A stretch of 64,000 bases of DNA from Haliotis rufescens. Taxonomy: Eukaryota. The DNA lies in the NCBI RefSeq assembly GCF_023055435.1, contig NW_025964383.1, positions 9,858,001 through 9,922,000 of the forward strand. Reading direction: 5' to 3'. The notes beneath the pieces were generated by a model, which was not told the DNA's origin, did not search any database, and was given only the letters and a program-made list of their open reading frames with translations. The position numbers and the translations under genes were made by a program. Below are positions 54,777 to 64,000 of this stretch, one piece after another; the first letter of the stretch is position 1, and each line of letters opens with the position of its first letter.

Positions 54777-57700
54777 TCAGATGCCTTTCAGTGGTCGGTT
54801 TTCTTCAATGTTCTTATGGGAGCTCTGTGACTTCATTCTGTTCGCCCGACCTCTGACGAGCGGTACACAAAATAGAAATATTGCAGCTATGAAGTTACAT
54901 ATTCCAATGTAGGTGAAACAAAGGTTGTATGAACTGGTCAGGTCACGGATTGTCCCTGTAAAAACAATACGCAGCAGGACATTAGAGTAACAACGTTGTC
55001 AGATTTTAAACGTTCCATTTAACAATAGCTAATACAGTCTAACATAACCAGTTGTGGTACTAAATAAAATGGATTTAAGTAATTAAACGCCTTACCCAGC
55101 AATATAATTTTAACACTTCTGACTAAATTATTAACTCGGGTAATAATGACAACATCTTCCGAGACAAGGCAGTTAATTGTCTATAAAAGTCCAGTTTCCA
55201 CCCTAGCTGAACCAGTGGCTATAACGAGTTATGTCATTTCTATGTCCCTCAGTGTATGAACTGGTCAGGTCAAGGATGGTCTCTGTAACAACAATACGCA
55301 GGACATTTGTGTCACAACGTTGTCAGATTTGAACAAAGATTTTAAACGTTCCATGTAACAATCGCTATTACAGACTAACATAACCAGTATTGGTACCGAA
55401 GTTAATGGAGACGTGGGTCAGTTATGTACGCCTAACTCGGTAATAATGACCCGGGTAATATGTCCTTAAAAGTCCAGTTTCTACCCTAACTGAACCAGTG
55501 GCTGTAACGAGTTATGTCACTTTTATGTCCCTCATATTGACAGATTGGACTTCACCTCTCATATAACTTTCATCTGCTTCAAACAAAATGTCGGTGTACA
55601 GTCGATCCGAGCAAGTTAATCGAAGAAAAGTCTCACATATCCTGTCTCAGACACCCAGTGCATGTTGAATGTAGCACGTTGAGCGTGGAGTACACGTTGA
55701 TTATAAAGCAAGTTTGGAAAGCATCTTCCGACGTCCAGACGTTACACATGCTTTGCAAATTCTGGAGTGGAGCAACACGACAGTCACAATGTTGTTTACG
55801 ACCATGATGTCGATTTTGTAATGCGATTTTGATTGCTAATCAAACTTCAAACGTCCAGCCTACAAACGTCAGTAATGTCCGTTGATTCGGGAAGATGTGA
55901 TGACAAGCAATCACAAATTGTGCCGGAACGTATTTACAACTGAAGTATGTTGGACTATGACCAGCACTGGTAATCTGATTTTGGACCCGTATTCCAAACA
56001 ATGTGGTGAAACTACAGAAAACTACGCCAATGTCTGGCAATGAAAGCAAGTGATGTGGCAAAAATTATTTCAGAAGAAATCAATCCTAACACATAGCATT
56101 GTGAACGGCATGAAGCACTTGACCCTGGACAGCACGTTGAAGGGGGTGGTATATCAGATTTACTATTCTCACTCAGACTCGGTTGTGAGCAGACGCATAT
56201 TGTTTTCCTGGAATCAAACGCTCAAAGACCCTATATCAAACACATGATTTAATCATTATGATCTAATTCGTCCAACTGCAAAACATCCATGAAATGCCAT
56301 GGCCAGCACCCAGTCCCGACCTTTCCACCATTAAACACGTCTGGACGTTATTGGCAGACGTGTGCGTCAACGTCACAATCCACCGACCAGTCTAAATGAA
56401 CTCGGTGCAGCTGTCACTTATGAGTGGAACAACACGAGCCAATCTGACATTTGTCGACATTATCAGAAGTTCTGCCTCGAATAACTCGTGCATTTCTGGC
56501 CAACAGAGTTGGTTGTTCCCGGCATGAGTGACGTTGACTGCAAAGCGCAAAGTGCAAATTTCGAATTTGACCCCTGACCTCATGAACGACGTCGTACGCC
56601 ACTATCCCACACCAACCACTAGAGCCCACATGATGTGATCGCCTACCCCTTAATAGATAAGATCATATCACTCCCATTTGCCAATATCATACAGTTGAGA
56701 ACATATGTCTTGATGACTCACACTGTCTCCTCCTTTATTTGCATAATATATAATGAAAATTATTGTCAGACATATTTGCAGTTCAAAACAAAATACTTTT
56801 AACTTGAATCACTTGCTAATGACTGTTTGTTGAAATGGGCCAATATTTCTTTTTAATGACATTCATAATATTTTACCATTACATACTTTTTTATGTATTA
56901 AGAACTGTCTTCACTCTGTTTCGTTTTTGGATGTATAAACCTAAAACCTGATGTGAACATTGTAAATTCGAATAGCTTCAGACAGTTCTTAGTATTTACT
57001 CAATATCACTAACAGATTGTAGACGAAATTGGTGACATCGTTCAGCGCAAGAATGCATCACCTTATTATTAGTCAATATATTTCTGTATTATGCATGGTT
57101 TGCTAACCAAATTTCATGGAAGCATTTACAAGTTATTATTAGAGTGTATAGACGGTTCCTGCTTGTGTAGAAGCTGTATTCCCTCACTTTTATCAATGTT
57201 ACTACTATATGTATGTTTAACACTGCTGTTGAGCTAGTAACTCCGTGAATACTGATGATCCATTGCAGCATAACATTAATAACATAAAATACAGAATGAG
57301 GATCTTACCCATGATCGGATGCGTCACGGATCTGGCTAAACCGTGGAACACAGCTATAAATCCAAGAACCTTCGCCATGTATTCAAGTCCCATGAAGTCG
57401 ACAATGGCAACAGGAATAAGGCAGTGATAAAAACTGCCAAAGAGTCCGACAATCACAGAGAATACGACGAGAAGAGCATACGTGTTGAAAAAATAGACAA
57501 ACTGTGTTGCCATTCCAGATATAAGCATTCCAATAACCATCAAATGATTTATTTTAATGTATTTGAGATCGGCGACAAACCCGACAGCAAGTCTGCTGAA
57601 GAAATCCAGAACACACGACAAAGTCAACAAATATGCTGCATCTGTTTGTGAGATGCCCTTTTCCTTTGCCAGGGCAGGAAGGTAGATTCCAACCAATCTA

Positions 57701-59054
57701 AATATTACCCCAAAATGAGCACATGCAACAATCAACTGAAACATTGGCTGCTTCAACAAGGAAAAGTCAAATGTTGATAATGCTCGTTTCACATACATGC
57801 CACAACTTTTGGCTTCTTTTGATTCCTGTTCATTGTCAAATGATTCAGCATTGATTTCTGTAATATCCACCATTGACATTGATGTCAAATCTGGGTTACT
57901 TGTGTACAATCTAATCTGGCTTTCTGAGCGGGAATCTACTTGTGATTCAATGCTGACAACTGATTCTGGTCTTGCACTTTTGCGGATAATTGCACTTGTC
58001 TGTCCCTTTCCTCTATTTGATTGACTCGCAAATGTGACCACTGCTTGTCCACCATTAACACTAGTTAGTTCCTTAACAGAACATACTCGAACCACATCAT
58101 GTTCATTCCCATGTTTTTCAATGCCATGTCTTTGGTCATGTTTTCGCCCTTCACTCATGACAGATGGGTTTTTTGGTATCCTTTTATGAAAGAAACTTAA
58201 TGGTCTAAACAACGCAGCCCCGACCCACATGTTCATTGTCAGTCCTGTTAGGATCAACATACTTCCTCTGACACCATATTCATCTAATAAGAAACGAACG
58301 AGGGGTGGGAAAACGCTGCCCCCAATACTAATTCCAGACATGGCAACTGCTGTGGCAATGCCTCTTCTCTTCTTGAAGTACTTTCCGATCAATACCAATG
58401 CTGGAGCATGAATCATGGAATGCCCTATACCTGAAAGTAAATTATTCATTATCAAATATCACTGATGTCTTGTTCGAGTTCCTTATAGTTTTACATGATA
58501 ATAAACATCCTTCAATACAGCCTACATAGTTATATTAAATATGACACATCGTGCTTCAATCTGAAAATGTCTATGGAGCCTTATGTCTCTTTCTCATGCC
58601 AAAATTCTTTGCTCGATTTTCCAGTATATTTCTAAATGTTCAAGACCTGCATGACCTTGTTATGCCGTTGCAAGCCTTCAATAAAATCTAACATTTAGGA
58701 ATAAGGTGCAGGAGTAAACAGTTTATAAACATATATGTATAGATAATGATCATATAAAGAGACCTAATGTTACAAAATCCCATATGAATGCATTCACTTG
58801 AGCCATCAATTATTTTTCTGTGCTATTATGGATTCGTGAACATGTATAGTTTACGCACCAGTGAGAATACTGTGAGTGCAGATGAGGTATGTAATACTGG
58901 TGGCGAAAACTCCTGTCAGCATTCCTACAACTGATATAGTCCCACCAAGAAGTACCGTCTTTCTCTCCCCAAGCAGTTGCAGAATTATGTTCATCGATAT
59001 GAGAGCTGTTGACATACAGAACATGGTTGTGTCAAAATAGGGAAAATTCGTACA

Positions 59055-59114
<60 letters not shown>

Positions 59115-59275
59115 GCACTGTAAAGTTCTAGTTCTAACTCTCAGGCACAATATAGTAATAATTAAATAAGTGGAGTAAGATTGAACACAGTTTTAACAGT
59201 TATTGCCTGATGAGAGTTGAAAGCGCTAGCCTATTAAAACTGTGTTCAATCTTACTCCACTTAATTAATTATTAC

Positions 59276-59307
<32 letters not shown>

Positions 59308-60230
59308 TGTATGTATGTATGTATGTATGTATGTATGTATGTATATTTAATTTGTACGACCACAAGGGTCAGAATATGTTGTCAGTAGAGATGGAATACG
59401 AGAGGGATTATTTTTCTCTATTATATGATATAAAAGTATCATTGCAACAATATAGTTATGTCCATTTTGTATCAGTATACTTCGGTATACAAGAACACGA
59501 GGATGTCTTTCTTTACCAAAATAGTTTACATTTGCACGTATTGTTTAATACTCACAACTTATACTGTACGTCGCTGCCATCACACCCATGAACAAGGTTG
59601 TTTTTGTGGCAGATGCCTCGAATTCTTCCAAGTATGCCACAAAGAACATGGCAACGGACCGTCCATATCCAGCCATTAAAATAACATTCAGGAAACTCCC
59701 TGGAGAAGGTCAAAATACAACATGGTATTAGTGATTACCAAGGCGTGTTTTTATTATAATTTAATTGTTTTCAAAATGCAAGAGGAAGAGACACATTTAA
59801 CCCAGAATTCTTAATCTTAAGATTCAATACCCGATAGAATGATTATGACAGAATACTATATCTTATACTCTGACAAACATATTTGTCTCTGTTATCTGGA
59901 TGGACGTAGAAATATGAACAATCGATCACCTGCTAACACTACCCAAGCCCATCCACGATCGATAGGTACACCATCATCCTCTTGCTCTGGTTTACTGTCA
60001 TCTGGTAGCTCGCCATTACCACCATCATGCAACATGTTCTGCTTCTCGGCATCTCCTCCAGCTCGAGTCCCACCTTCTTCTGTCACCGTTCCCAACAAAC
60101 TGTTTCCCCCATCAACCGCCTCTCCCGTCTTCGGCACAAACAGTTTTCCTTTGTTTGTATCTGGTGTCATAACTAGATGTTCGCTTCTGTCAATTTTGTC
60201 CTCCCGACACGTTTTTGAATCTTGTGTCAT
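54777..60230 (-). CDS. Gene G, SLC16/MCT family transporter (paralog of D/F), 630 aa; exons 60230-59930, 59699-59556, 59005-58859, 58430-57309, 54955-54777
   Basis: Exon lengths identical to D and F, GT-AG junctions, open frame. Confidence 0.92.
55153..55897. mobile_element. Same MITE, paralogous position in gene G, interrupted by a local duplication
   Basis: Same TIR ends and TSD as in gene F. Confidence 0.7.
56220..56750 (+). mobile_element. Paralogous Tc1 remnant in intron 4 of gene G (deleted in gene F)
   Basis: Colinear with 30220-30745, same WPAPSPDL motif. Confidence 0.65.
59058..59110. repeat. (TA)n microsatellite
   Basis: Direct. Confidence 0.95.
59111..59280 (+). mobile_element. 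Penelope-like/retrozyme-like fragment: 50-bp inverted repeat whose loop holds a minimal hammerhead motif
   Basis: Arms 59150-59199 and 59231-59280; loop contains GC-CTGATGA-GAGTT-GAAA-GCGC-TA-GC; absent from intron 2 of genes D and F. Confidence 0.6.
59278..59344. repeat. (TATG)n microsatellite
   Basis: Direct. Confidence 0.95.
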
Positions 60231-60350
60231 TTTTACTGTGATAGTATATCGGACCTATATAATTTATGAAACTGCATTTACACAATACCAATGTGACATT
60301 TTCCTAGAAAGTGAATGTGGCTGCTTGTAACTATAAGTGATTGTCTGAAT

Positions 60351-61132
60351 TAGGAGATAAATGTTAAATTGAGCGCAGTTAAATCTAGAGGTAACCTAGC
60401 TCTACATTGAAAACACAGTATGTTTATCTCCATTCTACCATGATTAAATAAAACGCGAACTCTTTGGTGTTAGCAAATATACTGAGTGAAGCGTCATGGA
60501 TTGAGTTCAGTGTTTTGAGTGGGTTATCGATCTGAATTACGGAATCACCGAACAAAATATGGTGCTGTATGGTGCTGTAAAGAAGTTTGTTTACACCGTA
60601 ATACTTCACTCGAATATATGACAGGCATTGAAAGCATATAAGCACGGCCACTTGGTCAGCAAACATGAGGTGGGCATCCCTAAAGTAAACAAAGCAAGCT
60701 TTGCATGGCTTTCGCTCTACATCGCGCGTCACCATTACGACGTCATGCCGCTCATTGTGACGCAAACGATATGACGTCACAGTCATATATAGAAAAGCAG
60801 AGCGCCAAAATTCCAAGCTCTCTGTTGTCTCCAAAACGTAAATACATTCCCTTTGTTGATTTCTGTCGTGTTTTTCTGCACAAAATGTATTGCCACACAT
60901 CCTTTGAATATTGTAGTAACCGCATCTGTGCATTTTGTAACCTGTAATTGTAGATATAATTATTTAAATATGCCTACCGACAATGACTGAAAATAGTATT
61001 ATTCTACGAATATTAGCTTCCGCGATGAAGCGGCCGTCAAACCAGCTGTTTCAATCAGAGGGGGTTTATTGTGATTTAAAAGCAGCTGATTGACCAATCA
61101 GAATCGAGTAAATTCCAAATTCATGGTAGAAT
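60351..61132. mobile_element. 782-bp non-autonomous insertion upstream of the gene G start codon
   Basis: Empty site GTGAAT|GTAG in D (about 34086) and F (about 49806); bounded by a GAAT direct repeat. Confidence 0.8.
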
Positions 61133-61496
61133 GTAGTTTAAGGCTGTAAAAACAAACCAAAACAAACATTCCATATAAATAACTGTAAACAGTCAGTATG
61201 GACGGTATGGTGATTGAAAACACGAAGAACGATCCACGTCATCAAGTCTCTATGGTAAACAATCAACCAAGTAACAGAGCCTTTTCACCTGATCCCCACG
61301 TCAGTTTCTACCACAACACATAAGGTACATGTACTTTCACCTGTTATGATCCGAAATCCGTACAAGCCTGTATGTTACACGAATATATAGCAACGCAAGA
61401 GTCAGATACAATGCATAACTGTCATCTTCACCAAGATAATATTGTGTAAACATATACATACGTATCTGTGCTTGTGTTTCGTCGCAAATTAAGAAT

Positions 61497-61587
61497 TACC
61501 AGAAATTGGCTTCATATGTCGGGAATCGAACCAGGGTCTTCGGATAGACGAGCAAACGCTTTAACCACTAGGTTACCCGACCGTCCC
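61497..61587 (-). mobile_element. Partial family-1 SINE upstream of the gene G CDS
   Basis: tRNA head retained, tail deleted. Confidence 0.75.
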
Positions 61588-62454
61588 TTACAGACTTGAA
61601 ATGTTCAAAACGTACACACATGAAGAGAATGTGAGTGACCTACATAGATATATTCTGTGACGAACGGCAACACACTTCTCTTATCACTAAAGCTGATAAC
61701 ACACACGTGGTACAATCGAACAGGCGGCCTACTGTTAGGGTCAGTGACCATTTCAGCCCAAATTAACAAGCGCGGACATAACCGTTGCAGTAATTTTTCC
61801 GTATCAATGGACAGCTCCAATTGTTACTTTAAGCCTTTAGAAGGTTGCAGTGTCGTTGTCTGTTTCATGAAATCAGTCAAGTTTATTGCAATGTCTTTTG
61901 ATAGAACTCTTTTGAGAGTGTCATCCAACACTGGAGTTCTGTTCACTTTATATATGGTAAACATCGTTTATATAATCTACGTCGGTGCGTAGAGTATAAC
62001 ATTTCGTATTCATATGATTATTAACAAAGTATATCATATTTAGAACTTAACTAACTCTTACATGCGCATTGTTTAATAGCATAGTACTATACGAGAGGAT
62101 ATTTTCTTTTCTACCAAATTCATGAAAACGACAAAATGTCACTGGTATAATCACAAACGGGGTAAATTCCTGAGTAGAAACGTATTACACGTCACAGACA
62201 CAAGACGCCACGAATCTTTGTCTAGAATAACGGTACTTGATACAAATTTACCTCATATAACACGAAGCTCACCTGTATGCGTCGTCAAAAAAGTACTTTT
62301 TGTTCTGCCACGCCTCCACTGATGAAAGAGCTCTGACAACGATGAGCAAGATAGGCAAACCGTTTGCCCTAGTATCCGATAAGTGGAAATATCTTTGTGA
62401 AATGGAGTTGAGCATCACGTTAAAGATTATTCACTCATATATCTTATGAGATGT

Positions 62455-62680
62455 TTCATAGTGCTAGCCCACTGATATACTATGTCGCGGATCAACATCC
62501 ATACCCAACTCAGAGAAAGTATGCTGACTCCGATACAGTCCTTGTCCATCCCGTTAATACCGAGCGCCAGGCGAATGACAAGAAGTACCATCTTTTTAAC
62601 GTCGTTTGGTCGGGCGCGGCCGCGATGAACGTCCTCACTTCCGGGCAGACTCTCTATTCATTTCACCGTGGAGGCGGTTC
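62455..62680 (-). mobile_element. Degenerate family-2 SINE
   Basis: Body TGCTAGCCCACTGA..ACCCAACTCAG..TGACTCCGA..CCGAGCGCCAGG and head end GGAGGCGGT shared with the 10797 copy. Confidence 0.65.
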
Positions 62681-64000
62681 CATCCGTTACAGACTTGACT
62701 TCTATATAGCATCCATCGGCAATAACCATTGTGCATCAGATTAAGAAACAAACATGCAAATAAGGACTTGTAATATTACACTTTTACTGTGTGTGTCATC
62801 ACCAATGCGCCTTCAGCGTGTACAGACATACCTGATTGTGCCGAAAGAGAGATCATGGTTGACTGAACATAAAACTGCTCTTGACCCGCGAATCGCATTA
62901 TAGTCCCGCCAAACGGCGTTATGCAGACATCAGCCACTGCCTCATTTCTGTAGCAAAATAAACACATTACATACAACACTATACTACATTCGAGTGTTAG
63001 AAAGAGATACATAAAAATATACGGCCATTATTTTCATTTTGCTGTTTTTCCACGAACTGTATTTATTATCAAATTCTGTCTATACTATCCTAAGAAGAGC
63101 ATCCAGCTAAATACACACGCCTTACAATCAAACCATCATTCGCATTTGAAAGGCCGTCTTTTTTAAAGGGTGAGTTCCCCAAATTAGTTACCCTCTTTTG
63201 CCGAAATTCGACGCTTATCCATACGTTTCCTTTGAAAATATTTAGCATACGGTTATATGACATTTTGGTCGGGCTTGCAATCATGATGACCAGTTACTTC
63301 GGCCAATATTGATCACATTGCAGTGTGTCAGTGAGTAAGTATGGTTCTACCCCGCTTGTGCCATATTCCAGCGATATCACGACGAAATGGTCTTCACACA
63401 CTGTACCTGTGTCGGTAATCGGACCCTGACCTGCTACTGGGTCACCCTACTAACCATGTAGCAAAACAAAATGTTTAACGGTTTAACTCTATTGTCCTTC
63501 AATGATCACATGAACTGGTAACTAGCATTAAAGTTAATTATATATTTACGTCCATCATTTTGAAAGGTATTCACGAATTTGTATGCTACGTTGGTTAAAG
63601 GGATAGCTTACAAGGCTTTACAAAGGTCATCATCTCACTGGACCAGATTCATTGGACCAGTTGATGGCCATTTCGATTCCACTCTCATAGCATACATACA
63701 TGGAATGTGGTCGAAATTGATATGACTCCAGATCATATATCAAACATAACGAATGTGCCACTGAACCTGCTGTGGAAGGATGTGTCCTTAATAATCCAGC
63801 TTTGGTTGAATGAATTCCAGGTTGCAATTACTTCATACACGATTCCTTATTCCGGATTAAAGTGTTTTCACTGTACAACAGTTTATAACTGGGTATTCGC
63901 AGGATGTCAACCTGTTGACCAGAATTATTCCCATGGTGTCCAAGTGCGGTATCCTCCGCTAGGCTGTTGTTGTTTTAACTGGGAAACCATCTCGATCTCG

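Noticed and set aside
60424-60933. 169-aa ORF inside the 782-bp insertion as its mobilising enzyme
   Set aside because: No recognisable recombinase, transposase or RT motif; composition looks non-coding.

Overview
This is eukaryotic, AT-rich, intron-containing animal DNA; the SINE repertoire suggests a mollusc, possibly a gastropod such as abalone (inference). The window is almost entirely a tandem cluster of SLC16/monocarboxylate-transporter (MFS) genes sharing one 5-coding-exon plan (about 290-300, 144, 147, about 1122 and 170-191 bp; all introns GT-AG, phase 1). It holds one partial + strand gene (A), five intact - strand genes (B, C, D, F, G), one pseudogene (E) and an apparently identical 3.17 kb tandem copy of exons 1-3 of gene C. 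There are two subfamilies (A/D/F/G and B/C/E), built by a C+D to E+F block duplication and an F/G duplication. Introns and spacers carry two decayed DD34E Tc1 transposons plus Tc1 remnants, a 9-bp-TSD MITE family, several tRNA-derived SINE families and several hairpin-ended non-autonomous elements. Three observations stand out. (1) Paralogs differ at positions aligning to known MCT substrate-pocket residues. (2) A recent 170-bp intronic insertion carries a minimal hammerhead-ribozyme motif in the loop of a 50-bp inverted repeat (Penelope/retrozyme-like). (3) Two unrelated 0.73-0.78 kb insertions each contain an internal sequence complementary to their own joined ends, implying a circular intermediate. 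All alignments were done by eye.
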